Shown here: piece after piece, positions 37,541 through 47,198 of the stretch
How the letters are laid out: each line of letters begins with the position of its first letter
Numbering within the stretch: the stretch's first letter is position 1
Origin: an uncultured Prevotella sp.
GTDB lineage: Bacteria; Bacteroidota; Bacteroidia; Bacteroidales; Bacteroidaceae
DNA length: 64,000 bases
Direction: 5' to 3'
NCBI GenBank assembly: GCA_947164965.1
Contig: CAMUYR010000009.1
Span: 8,072-72,071 of the forward strand
The notes under the pieces: generated by a model
What the model saw: only the letters and a program-made list of their open reading frames with translations
What the model was told of the DNA's origin: nothing
Databases searched by the model: none
Position numbers and translations under genes: made by a program

Positions 37541-38653
37541 TTATTTCAGCAGATAATAGAATGTTGGCTGATAGTCTTTTTCCACCAGTTCCGGATGGAA
37601 GATAGCCACGAAATCCTTCAGCAGTACGTCAGGCTCTACAGGCGATATCTCGTAGTACGGTGTCTGCTTCATGTTGCAGTAAATGACTTTCTTCTCCTTA
37701 TAGGCCTTGAAGAGCTCGTTGCGAGGCTCCGATGCCTTCAGTGCTTCATACGAGAAGTCGTCAGGATAGCTGTTCAGGATGCGCCAGTAGTCGGCATTGG
37801 CAGCCAGCGAATACATCTTCTCAAACTCCAGGTCCTCACCGCCTGTCTCTTCGTCGTTGATGACGTATTCGGCTCCAGCGTCGCGGAATATCTGTGCCAG
37901 ATAGTTCTTGCCGCCTACCGCATGCCAGTTGCCGTAGTGCATCTCACCGCTCAGCACCGTGGGGCGCTCTTCGGGTTTGAGGTTTGAGGTTTGAGATTTG
38001 AGGTTTTGATATCGGCTCTCAATGCCTGCAAAAAGCTCATTGGCTTCCTTCTCCTTGCCAATAAACAACCCTACAAACTTAATCCACTCAGCCTGACCCA
38101 GCGGATCGAGTTCCTGATATCCCAAGTGGGGCACCAATGTGATACCCGTCTCCTTGATGGCATCGTAGCCACCACGTTTCGATGGCGATATGAAGATGAC
38201 GTCAGGATTAGCTGCCAGCACCATCTCAGTATCGAAATTTCCCTCCATGCCTATTTTGACAATGCGTCCGTCCTTTACTCTTGCCAGGATATCCTTGTTG
38301 TAGAGGTTCTTCGTACCCGTGATACCTTTCACCACGTCGTGAGCGTCCAGAATGGTGAAGTTCGACAGCTGCAGCGCCGTCATACAGATGGTGTTCTTAA
38401 TGGGAACGCGTACTTTCGTATAGCCATCAGGCACATCCACCTCATCATCATTTGTAACCAATGCGAAGTGGTAGCCCTTACCCACGTCTACTAGTCGCAC
38501 GCCATTGCTGTCTCTCACCTCATAGCCCGTTGCGTACTTGGGGTTCATCGCAGAGTCGGCCTCTGCCTGTCCCGTTGCTGTTGTCTTTCCCTTGTTGCTG
38601 CACGAAAAGCATAAGCACAATCCAATCATGCATATGGCATATATCTTCTTCAT
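37541..38653 (-). CDS. btuF: BtuF-like ABC substrate-binding lipoprotein
   Basis: Lipobox CFS-C; YQELDPLGQAEWIK, EPDVLLKDF. Confidence 0.8.
   Translation of the reverse strand: MKKIYAICMIGLCLCFSCSNKGKTTATGQAEADSAMNPKYATGYEVRDSNGVRLVDVGKGYHFALVTNDDEVDVPDGYTKVRVPIKNTICMTALQLSNFTILDAHDVVKGITGTKNLYNKDILARVKDGRIVKIGMEGNFDTEMVLAANPDVIFISPSKRGGYDAIKETGITLVPHLGYQELDPLGQAEWIKFVGLFIGKEKEANELFAGIESRYQNLKSQTSNLKPEERPTVLSGEMHYGNWHAVGGKNYLAQIFRDAGAEYVINDEETGGEDLEFEKMYSLAANADYWRILNSYPDDFSYEALKASEPRNELFKAYKEKKVIYCNMKQTPYYEISPVEPDVLLKDFVAIFHPELVEKDYQPTFYYLLK
37974..38008. repeat. Heptamer array GGTTTGA x5, in frame in btuF
   Basis: Encodes QNLKSQTSNLKP. Confidence 0.85.
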
Positions 38654-38666
38654 AATTCTCTTCCTG

Positions 38667-40691
38667 TTATTTAATGATTGCCGTCCATCCGCCACCACTG
38701 CTCAGTCGGATGGTTAGATGGTCTTTCGCACTGACTGTTTGGCGCGTGTGCTGATAGTCGGTAGCCTCTTTCGTGGCATTCTTGCCATCAGCGAAGATAT
38801 CAGCCTGATGCTGTCCTGCACTGAGGAACGAGAGGTCGACGGTCAGCTCGCGTGACGTCCAGTCGGTCATTGCTGCCAGATACCAGGTGTCGCCCTTCCT
38901 GCGGGCTATCAGCGTATAGGCTCCCAGCTGTCCGTCGAGTGCTATTGTCTCGTCAAACGTGGTGGGAATCTGGGCGATGAAGTCTGTACACTCCTGATTC
39001 TGCATGTACTTTGTGGGGCTGTCTGCCAACATCTGCAGCGGCGCCTCGAAGGTTGTATACATCGCCATCTGGTGTACGCGCGTGCCCTGACTCATGGGGT
39101 GGTTGTTGTTTCCGAAGAAACTGTCTTTCATAGCGTTCGACATAGCACCAGGCGTATAGTCCATAGGACCTGCCAGCATGCGCAGATAGGGTGCCGTCAC
39201 ATCGTAGTGGGGCTGGTCGTGCAATGGTCCGTCGCCTATGCGTGGCTCCCACTTCGAATTCTCCAGACCCTTCACACCCTCGAAGTTGAAGATGTTGGGG
39301 TAGGCGCGCTGGATGCCGAAAGGCTTCAGTCCGTGATAGTCGAGCACCAGATGATGGCGTGCAGCACATGCTGCCAACTCGTAGGCTGAGGCTATCACCT
39401 GTTGGTCGTCACGATCAAAGAAGTCTACCTTGAATCCCTTGATCCCCATCTCGGCATAGTGCTTCATCACCTGTTCGCTGACGGTGTTGTCGCCCAGCGG
39501 GTCGCTGCCTATCAGATTGCGCCAGCTCGACCATAGGATGATGCCCACACCCTTCTTCTGTCCGTAGGCTATCAGCTGCTTCAGGTCTATCTCTGGATTC
39601 AGGTCGCTCATCAGCGACTCCTTGCCGCTCCATCCTTCGTCTATAATGATGTATTCCAGATGGTTCTTAGCCGCAAAGTCGATGTAGTATTGATAGGTCT
39701 TGGTGTTCATGCCCGATGCGAAGTCGACACCAGTAATATTGGTGTTGTTCCACCAGTCCCAAGCCACCTTGCCAGGATGTATCCACGACGTGTCGCTGAT
39801 GCGGCATGCTGGAGCCAGTCGCTGTGCCATATCGCAGTTCAGGATGTCGGCATCGTGCTCTGTGATGACAACAACTCGCCAGGGGAGTGCCTGTCGTCCG
39901 TTCATCTTGGCGATATAGTCAGCACGCTTGGTGGGTACCAAATTCAGACGGTCGTAACCGCCAATCACCTGTTCCAAAGGGTAGGGGGCAAACTCCGCAA
40001 CTAAGGCATTTCTCTGACCTCTTACCTCTGACCTCTTACCTCTAATAAACATGCCAGGGTAGTTTTCGACGCTAGCATCCATGACGATGCATTTCATGTC
40101 GTGAGGCAGACAAACGGCTAGCGGTGTGATAGCCAGCGAGTCGCTGAACATCTTCGACAGAGGCTGCTCGTCGTAGTACGACTCAAACGAGTAGCAGTAG
40201 CGCTCGCCACCTCGATTGTCGTTCACGTAGGGCATGAATGCCTGATAGTCTTTCTCGAAGCAGTATTCCACCGTCTCGTTCTTCACTAGCGTCGGCTTCG
40301 TGTGCCCGCTGATGAGGCGGTAGGCAGCACCGTCGTTGTAGGCACGTACCTCGATGGTTATCTTCTGGTTGGTATACATCAGCAGCTGTCCGTAGTCGTC
40401 TCTGATGGTTGCCCGCTTGTAGAAGGGGTTCTCGAAACTGCTCTCTATCTGCTTCTTGGCCACCTTGCCTATCTTGCCCAGCCCCAGCGTCTTGCTGCCC
40501 TGTTGCAACTGTATGTTGATCTCTGAAGGCAGCAGCACTGTCTTCCCGTCGTAGGTCACCGACCATCTGACGGCATCGTCAGCAGTCACCGTTACTTTCA
40601 CCTTTCCGTTAGGCGAACTCACCTCGTAATTGGCTGCCGACAGGCTCATGGCCATCAGGCAGAACAGACTCATGATTAGTTTTTTCATCAT
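38667..40691 (-). CDS. Glycoside hydrolase family 97
   Basis: PGKVAWDWW, YIIIDEGW, GFKVDFFDRDDQ, NFEGVKGLE, GPMDYTPG. Confidence 0.9.
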   Translation of the reverse strand: MMKKLIMSLFCLMAMSLSAANYEVSSPNGKVKVTVTADDAVRWSVTYDGKTVLLPSEINIQLQQGSKTLGLGKIGKVAKKQIESSFENPFYKRATIRDDYGQLLMYTNQKITIEVRAYNDGAAYRLISGHTKPTLVKNETVEYCFEKDYQAFMPYVNDNRGGERYCYSFESYYDEQPLSKMFSDSLAITPLAVCLPHDMKCIVMDASVENYPGMFIRGKRSEVRGQRNALVAEFAPYPLEQVIGGYDRLNLVPTKRADYIAKMNGRQALPWRVVVITEHDADILNCDMAQRLAPACRISDTSWIHPGKVAWDWWNNTNITGVDFASGMNTKTYQYYIDFAAKNHLEYIIIDEGWSGKESLMSDLNPEIDLKQLIAYGQKKGVGIILWSSWRNLIGSDPLGDNTVSEQVMKHYAEMGIKGFKVDFFDRDDQQVIASAYELAACAARHHLVLDYHGLKPFGIQRAYPNIFNFEGVKGLENSKWEPRIGDGPLHDQPHYDVTAPYLRMLAGPMDYTPGAMSNAMKDSFFGNNNHPMSQGTRVHQMAMYTTFEAPLQMLADSPTKYMQNQECTDFIAQIPTTFDETIALDGQLGAYTLIARRKGDTWYLAAMTDWTSRELTVDLSFLSAGQHQADIFADGKNATKEATDYQHTRQTVSAKDHLTIRLSSGGGWTAIIK
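40012..40043. repeat. Heptamer array CTCT(G/T)AC x4.5, in frame in GH97
   Basis: Encodes RGKRSEVRGQR. Confidence 0.85.
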
Positions 40692-40770
40692 CCCTTTGAA
40701 GAATTATTTTTGCAAAGATACGAATAATTGGGGGATTTTCGCTAAATTTGCATCGATTTTTAAATAGTTT

Positions 40771-42390
40771 ATGAAGAAAAGTAGTATTTTTTCAGCCTTG
40801 CTCATCGCGATGATGCTGGTTTCACCCGCTTCTTTGAGGGCCGACAACAAGTCTTCGCAGCTACAGCCCCTGATGATTCTTGGTGGCGAGTTAAGCAATT
40901 CGGCAGCGACGTCGGTAGCTGATATCGACGAGGTGTTGCCACGCATGAAGTCGTTAGGACTCAACACCGTGCTGGTGCCTGTCTATTGGGAACTCATGGA
41001 GCCCGTCGAGGGTCAGTTCGATTTCACCCTTGTCGACCGCACCATCGATGTTGCCCGTCAGCAGCAATTGAAGATAGTGCCCTTGTGGTTCGGTGCCTGG
41101 AAGAATTCTATGTCGTGCTATGCGCCAGCATGGTTCAAGCGCGATGTCAAGCGTTTTCCTCGTGCAGTGACCAAGGAAGGCAAGCCTCTGGAGATAGCCT
41201 CCTGCTTTAGCAACAATGTGCTGCAGGCCGATCTGAAGGCCTTCTCAGCCCTTATGCAGCATATCGCCGAACGCGATCCTCAGCGCCAGGTGGTCATCAT
41301 GATGCAGATTGAGAATGAGATAGGTATGCTTGAGTCTGCTCGCGACCATTCGCCACTTGCTGAAAAAGCCTACAAGTCAGAGTACTGGGCTGAGCGCTAT
41401 GGTACTGACGACTATGCCGACGAGAAGTTTATGGCCCTCTATTATGCTCGCTATGTCGAGCATCTCGCCAAAGCAGCCCGTCGCATCCACGATATGCCGC
41501 TCTACGTCAATGCCGCTATGAACAGTCGTGGGCGCAAGCCTGGCGAATATCCCTCCGCAGGACCGTTGGCCCATCTCGTCGACTTCTGGCAGCAGGGTGC
41601 CCCCAGCATCGACATTCTCGCTCCCGATATCTACGATACAGGCTTCAAGTCGTGGGCATCACAATACGCCATGCCCCTCCGACCACAGGATAGTGGCAAA
41701 GTGAAGAACCGTCTGTTTATTCCTGAGAGCCGTTGCTGCGAGAACAGTGGCGTGCGAGCCCTCTATGCCTTTGGCGAGCATCAGGCCCTCGGCTTCTCGC
41801 CCTTCGCCATCGACCAGGCATCGCCCAAAGAGACGGAATCAGTCACCCAGGCATACAGCCTCTTGCACCAGATCAATTCTCTCACCTCTTACCACCCACC
41901 TCTTACCTCTTATGGCCTTCTGTTCGATCAGCAGGATCGTGAGCGTGTTATCGACGATGAAGGTGTCATCATGACCTGCCGCCATTACTTCACGCTGCCT
42001 TGGGACCCTCGCGCCACCGACGGCTCTACATGGCTTGAAGGTGGTGCTATGCTCATCCGTTTGGGCAAGTACGATTACCTGTTGGCAGGTAGTGGTGTCG
42101 TTGTCGATTTCAAGACGCGCACTGAGAAACAACAGGAGCAGCAGAAGAAGCTGGGTGAAGACGGCTTTGCAGAAGCAGGCAACGAACCTTCAACCCTCAA
42201 CCCTCAACCCTCAACCTTCAAAGGCTCCCGTCTCGGCCTCCTCTCCGTCGACGAGGTAACCATCGATGCCCAAGGTCAGATGCACTACCTGCGTCGTCAT
42301 AATGGCGACCAGAGTCATCAGGGACGTCATGCCCGCATCAGCATTGGCGAGTGGAAGATGTTGCACATTCGTCTCTACGAATACAAATAA
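40771..42390 (+). CDS. GH35-like beta-galactosidase with a DUF5597-type C-terminus
   Basis: GGELSNS, WFGAWKNSMS, MQIENEIG, FIPE, GFSPFAID. Confidence 0.8.
   Translation: MKKSSIFSALLIAMMLVSPASLRADNKSSQLQPLMILGGELSNSAATSVADIDEVLPRMKSLGLNTVLVPVYWELMEPVEGQFDFTLVDRTIDVARQQQLKIVPLWFGAWKNSMSCYAPAWFKRDVKRFPRAVTKEGKPLEIASCFSNNVLQADLKAFSALMQHIAERDPQRQVVIMMQIENEIGMLESARDHSPLAEKAYKSEYWAERYGTDDYADEKFMALYYARYVEHLAKAARRIHDMPLYVNAAMNSRGRKPGEYPSAGPLAHLVDFWQQGAPSIDILAPDIYDTGFKSWASQYAMPLRPQDSGKVKNRLFIPESRCCENSGVRALYAFGEHQALGFSPFAIDQASPKETESVTQAYSLLHQINSLTSYHPPLTSYGLLFDQQDRERVIDDEGVIMTCRHYFTLPWDPRATDGSTWLEGGAMLIRLGKYDYLLAGSGVVVDFKTRTEKQQEQQKKLGEDGFAEAGNEPSTLNPQPSTFKGSRLGLLSVDEVTIDAQGQMHYLRRHNGDQSHQGRHARISIGEWKMLHIRLYEYK
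41879..41913. repeat. Heptamer array CTCT(C/T)AC x5, in frame
   Basis: Encodes SLTSYHPPLTSY. Confidence 0.85.
42185..42221. repeat. Heptamer array AACC(C/T)TC x5, in frame
   Basis: Encodes EPSTLNPQPSTF. Confidence 0.9.
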
Positions 42391-42402
42391 GTGGGGGTGT
42401 AG

Positions 42403-43221
42403 TTACTGATTTTTCTTGTAGCTCCAGATGGCCCAGCTACCAGCCGCAAGGGCAAAGATACTCAGACGAAGGAAGTAAGGAACCAGTTCACTGGCAGAGC
42501 TGCCTTTAATGTAGATCATTCGCATGGGCTCGATAAAGAAGCGCAGGGGATTGATCTCCGTGATAATCTGCGCCCAGCGTGGCATGCTAGCAACGGGTGT
42601 TAGCAAACCTGACAGCAACAGGAAGATAACGAGGAAGAAGAACATGACAAGTGCTGCCTGCTGAATCGTGTTGGAGTAGTTGCTTACCACGAGAGCCAGC
42701 GAAGAGATGAGCAACAGATAGATGGTGGTGAGGGCTAGGATAGTGCCTATGGAACCGGCAGGTGCGATGCCATGAATGGCGCGCCCCATCGCCATGCCGA
42801 GGAAAAGGATGAAGATACCAACCACCCAATAAGGTACCAACTTGGAGAGAATGAACTCCATACGCGAGATGGGGGTAACATTGATTTGTTCGATGGTGCC
42901 TTTTTCTTTCTCCATCACAATGTTCAGCGCAGGCAGGAAGCCGATGAGCAGTGTCAGAATCATAGCAATGATGGCAGGAATCATGTAGACCTTGTAGTCA
43001 AGATTCAAGTTGTAGAGATAGCGAGGACTGATGGTGACAGCCCCATTATTTTGTGCAGCTCCCGACTCTGAAACCATCTCAAGGGCAAAGTCCTGGATAA
43101 TCTGAGTGATATAGGCTGAGCCAAGACCTGATTTTGTGCCGTTAGTGGCATTGGCTGACACTTGGACATCAGCCACATGGTCGCTCACGAGATGACGTTC
43201 AAAATCAGGTTCTATCTCGAT
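42403..43221 (-). pseudogene. 5'-truncated ABC-2 permease (YbhR/YbhS-like)
   Basis: YLYNLNL, EKEKGTIEQINVTP, LSGLLTPV, NPLRFF; similarity begins abruptly at IEIEPDFERHL with no N-terminal TM; 261-aa ORF from GTG 43188. Confidence 0.6.
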
Positions 43222-43396
43222 ATTGTAAAAGATGCAAACTTTTTCCTGTTTTTTTGCTATGTTTTGTCAACTCAAGGTGGCAAAATATAGGTGCCTAATT
43301 AAAAAATAGTACGCGCGCGTTGATATAAATCAAGAAACGTATGGATTTTCTATAAAAATGCTTGCAGCATATACGAAAAGTTCCTACCTTTGCAGC

Positions 43397-43532
43397 AGAA
43401 AGGTTAAAAACCCTGTTAAGAAAGTAGAGAATTTAACAGAAAAGAGATATTTTTTTGATTTGTTTTAGTAGATTAGTTTTTAAGTAGTTTGTTTAAAAAA
43501 CCGTTCGTCGTGATGACGAACAGTTTTTTTTT
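43397..43532 (+). ncRNA. Candidate sRNA (promoter-to-terminator unit with no ORF)
   Basis: TACCTTTG at 43385-43392 with a TTG about 20 nt upstream; hairpin GTTCGTC/GACGAAC plus T9 at 43501-43532. Confidence 0.45.
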
Positions 43533-43547
43533 CGTATATTTGCACCC

Positions 43548-45518
43548 ATGAAACAGATAATCGTAGTCATTTTCATGCTGTTATCACTCTGTGCGACAGC
43601 CCAAGACAAGGATGCTAGGCGCCCGCAGGTGCAGTTTGCGATAAATGGTGTCGTGCTGCAGCAGCCATCGCAGGCCATGCGGCGCTTCGAGGCAGGTGTG
43701 CATAGCTATTCTGTGCGCCACGAGCGGTGGGGTAACGATGCTATGGTGCACGTCAAAGAGGTGGAGGGTGTCGACGACGAGAGTGTCGTGTGGCGTTTTC
43801 TACTTGTGGGTTTCCGCGATGGCGTACAGCTGGAAACGGTGGTGGGTGCAACGGATAAACCCCAGCAGCGACTGACGCAGAAGGCTACGGACTTGGCCTA
43901 TGTGATGTACGACGGCAAGGCGTTCAAGACGCTTGGGACGGAGCAGGGTGATGCGCTGTTTGCTGATTACGAACAGGCCATGCGGGAGGTGACCGACGCT
44001 GTGACGCTCCGTACGCCAGACGATTTTGTCAACACGCTAGGGGGACTGGTGGCGATGACGCTGAAGGAGGAACAAGAAATGTATGTCAAAAATGTATCAG
44101 TCGACCTACCTCAACCGATACTTGCTCATCATCAGCATGCCAAGCGCAACGAGCTTCAGAACGACTTCAGAAAATGGATGAAAACGACAGACTTCATGGC
44201 TCCGACAGACGAGCTGCCGACGCTGTGGGCTGCGCTAAAAAAATATCTGGCGTGGGAGAAACAATGCTTTGACGCTGACGGCGACCATCTTTACGATGCC
44301 TTTTACTGCTGGAACTATGGCCACGACACGCTGTGCTATCAGGGTGGGGCAGTGACCTACAGTTCGGCTGCGAACTACGAGCTGAACCGATGGGCTGCAC
44401 AACTGGCACCGCTGATGGGCGAATCAGCACAACCCTACGAACAGGAGGCTGCAGCCATCAGACAGGCGATGAACAGTCGGCTATGGCTAGTTGATAAGGG
44501 CCACTGGGCTGAGCGACAGGATACAGCAGGACTGCGCAGACAGCACGAATATGCCGCCCTATGGACGGTGTGCGAGACGATAGACGCAGAGATAGGTACA
44601 CCCCAGCAGAATTTACTGACGACACGATATCTGGACGCTGAGTTGCCGCAGATGTTGAAGGGCGGACGCGAGGCTCAGAAAGGTTTATGGGCCGCGTTGG
44701 CATATATGAAGGCAGGACGACAGGAGAAAGGCTACGAGCTGATGCTGCGCTATGCAAGGGAGAATACGGACAGACGGCTGCTGAGCCGCGTGCTGCTTGA
44801 GGGACTGTTTGGCATCAGACCGCAAACCATGCAGGGAGAACTGTGCCTGCAGCCATCATTCCCTGAGACTTGGGATTCGGCAACAGTGCACACGCCTTAT
44901 ATAGACTACAGCTTCCGCCGGCTGGGTAGAGTAGTGGAATACGACATCACGCAACATCTGGAAAAACCTATGCAGGTCATCGTACGTCTGCCGATAGGAC
45001 ATGGACAATACCAAGAGGTGAGGGGCAACAGCAACGCTTATCAGACCATCCGACTGAAGACACCTCTGAAGCTACCAGAGGTGCACTGGATGGAAGCCTA
45101 CGTTGCTGAGCCTGCCATGCAGCATGCGGATACCATCGACCTTCAGCGGGGTAAACCCAAGGTATTGAATCTTCGCAAGCTGATGAACGGTGACGGCATC
45201 ATCCTGACATCGCTAGCCGACAACTATCCCGACTCCGTCTCGATACCTGTGGGCACATATGCCTCGAAGGCCCTGCTGCTGATGGACGGTACGACCAACG
45301 TGATGGAGATGCGAATAGCCAACGGCGAAGTAGTGGCACACTATAAGGACGGCACGCAGGACACGCTGCAGTTGGTGAACCCAACGAACTGGAAACCGAC
45401 AGGACAGCCGCTGACACTCTGCATGCCGTTGGACAGGCAGAAGAAGCTGCAGACCATCATGCTGCGGGCGCTGAGCAACGGCGTGCTGATAGGACTGAAG
45501 GGCATTACACTGCAATAG
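43548..45518 (+). CDS. DUF4450-like exported six-hairpin glycosidase-type protein
   Basis: Signal ATA-Q; WEKQCFDADGDHLYDA, RLWLVDKGHWAE, LLEGLFGIRP. Confidence 0.6.
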   Translation: MKQIIVVIFMLLSLCATAQDKDARRPQVQFAINGVVLQQPSQAMRRFEAGVHSYSVRHERWGNDAMVHVKEVEGVDDESVVWRFLLVGFRDGVQLETVVGATDKPQQRLTQKATDLAYVMYDGKAFKTLGTEQGDALFADYEQAMREVTDAVTLRTPDDFVNTLGGLVAMTLKEEQEMYVKNVSVDLPQPILAHHQHAKRNELQNDFRKWMKTTDFMAPTDELPTLWAALKKYLAWEKQCFDADGDHLYDAFYCWNYGHDTLCYQGGAVTYSSAANYELNRWAAQLAPLMGESAQPYEQEAAAIRQAMNSRLWLVDKGHWAERQDTAGLRRQHEYAALWTVCETIDAEIGTPQQNLLTTRYLDAELPQMLKGGREAQKGLWAALAYMKAGRQEKGYELMLRYARENTDRRLLSRVLLEGLFGIRPQTMQGELCLQPSFPETWDSATVHTPYIDYSFRRLGRVVEYDITQHLEKPMQVIVRLPIGHGQYQEVRGNSNAYQTIRLKTPLKLPEVHWMEAYVAEPAMQHADTIDLQRGKPKVLNLRKLMNGDGIILTSLADNYPDSVSIPVGTYASKALLLMDGTTNVMEMRIANGEVVAHYKDGTQDTLQLVNPTNWKPTGQPLTLCMPLDRQKKLQTIMLRALSNGVLIGLKGITLQ

Positions 45519-45648
45519 CTGCACGCGTACATTAATATATATTTAAAATATTTGCAAGAAATAACATAAAAAAGTGTTGTCGTTACAAATTTTTTTTGTA
45601 CCTTTGCACTCGTCATTGACTAAACATTACTTTATATAACATTAATTT

Positions 45649-47145
45649 ATGAACAACGTACCTAAAATTAAAGTCGGAATCGTCGCTGTATCGCGCGACT
45701 GTTTTCCTGAGTCACTGGCTGTTAACCGCCGCAAGGCCGTGATCGCCGAGTATGAAAAGAAGTTCGATAAGGCCGACATCTATGAGTGCCCCATCTGCAT
45801 CGTTGAGAGTGAGATTCACGCTCAGCAGGCTTTGGCTGATGTGCAGAAAGCTGGATGTAACGCCCTCGTTGTATATCTTGGCAACTTCGGTCCTGAGATT
45901 TCAGAGACCATGATTGCTGACTGGTTCCAGGGACCAACCATGTTCTGTGCTGCTGCTGAGGAGACTCAGAACAACCTGATTGACGGTCGTGGCGATGCTT
46001 ACTGCGGTATGCTGAACGCCAGCCAGGCTCTGTCGCTGCGTAAGACTCGCGCTTACATCCCAGAGGAGCCCGTAGGCGATGCTGCCCAGTGCGCTGAGAT
46101 GATTCACGAGTTCCTGCCTATCGCACGTGCTATCGTAGGTCTGCAGAACCTGAAGATCATCAGCTTCGGTCCACGTCCTAACAACTTCCTGGCTTGTAAC
46201 GCTCCTATCCGTGCACTGTATGACCTCGACGTTGAGATTGAGGAGAACTCAGAGCTCGACCTCTTTGAGGCTTTCAAGAAGCACGAGGGCGACCCACGCA
46301 TCGACGATGTTGTGAAGGATATGGCTGCTGAGCTCGGCACTGGTAACAAGATTCCTCAGGTACTGCCTAAGCTCGCACAGTATGAGCTCACGCTGACCGA
46401 CTGGATCGAGGCTCACAAGGGTAGCCGTCAGTTCGTAGCTATGGCTAACAAGTGCTGGCCCGCATTCCAGACTCAGTTCGGTTTCGTTCCCTGCTATGTG
46501 AACAGCCGTCTGACCAGCCGCGGTATCCCCGTAGCTTGCGAGGTTGATATCTATGGCGCTCTCAGTGAGTTCATCGGTACCTGCATCACTCAGGATGCCG
46601 TTACGCTGCTCGACATCAACAACTCTGTACCTCGCGACATGTACGAGGAGAGCATCAAGGGCAAGAAGTTCGAGTGCGACAGCTATACCGATAAGGAGAT
46701 CTTCATGGGCTTCCACTGCGGTAACACCGCTTCTTCAAAGGTTTGCAACTGCCAGATGTGCTTCCAGCGTATTATGGCTCGCGCTTTGCCTGTTGAGGTT
46801 ACAAACGGTACACTGGAGGGTGACCTGAAGCCAGGTAAGGCTACTGTATATCGTCTACAGTCTACCGCTGATACCAAGCTCCGCGCTTATATTGCTCAGG
46901 GTGAGATTCTGCCAGTAGCTACACGCTCATTCGGCAGCATCGGTACCTTCGGTATCAAGAACATGAGCCGCTTCTATCGTCACGTCCTGATTGAGAAGCA
47001 CTACCCACACCATGCTGCCGTTATGTTCGAGCATGCAGGTAAGTACATGTGGGAGGTTCTGAAGTATATGGGTATCCCCGTTGAGGAAATCGACTACAAC
47101 TTCCCGAAGGGTGACTACTATCCCACAGAGAATCCATTCGCATAA
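45649..47145 (+). CDS. L-fucose/L-arabinose isomerase family protein
   Basis: VYLGNFGPE, GDAYCGMLN, ACEVDIYG, FHCGN, HYPHH. Confidence 0.8.
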   Translation: MNNVPKIKVGIVAVSRDCFPESLAVNRRKAVIAEYEKKFDKADIYECPICIVESEIHAQQALADVQKAGCNALVVYLGNFGPEISETMIADWFQGPTMFCAAAEETQNNLIDGRGDAYCGMLNASQALSLRKTRAYIPEEPVGDAAQCAEMIHEFLPIARAIVGLQNLKIISFGPRPNNFLACNAPIRALYDLDVEIEENSELDLFEAFKKHEGDPRIDDVVKDMAAELGTGNKIPQVLPKLAQYELTLTDWIEAHKGSRQFVAMANKCWPAFQTQFGFVPCYVNSRLTSRGIPVACEVDIYGALSEFIGTCITQDAVTLLDINNSVPRDMYEESIKGKKFECDSYTDKEIFMGFHCGNTASSKVCNCQMCFQRIMARALPVEVTNGTLEGDLKPGKATVYRLQSTADTKLRAYIAQGEILPVATRSFGSIGTFGIKNMSRFYRHVLIEKHYPHHAAVMFEHAGKYMWEVLKYMGIPVEEIDYNFPKGDYYPTENPFA

Positions 47146-47170
47146 TAAGCGGAAGGCAATAATAAAGAAT

Positions 47171-47198
47171 GAGGCTGTAATTAATACAGCCTCTTTTT
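47171..47198. terminator. Terminator between convergent genes
   Basis: GAGGCTGTA-ATTAA-TACAGCCTC-TTTTT. Confidence 0.75.

Noticed and set aside
43311-43320. ACGCGCGCGT palindrome in AT-rich DNA
   Set aside because: Too short and single-copy in this window.
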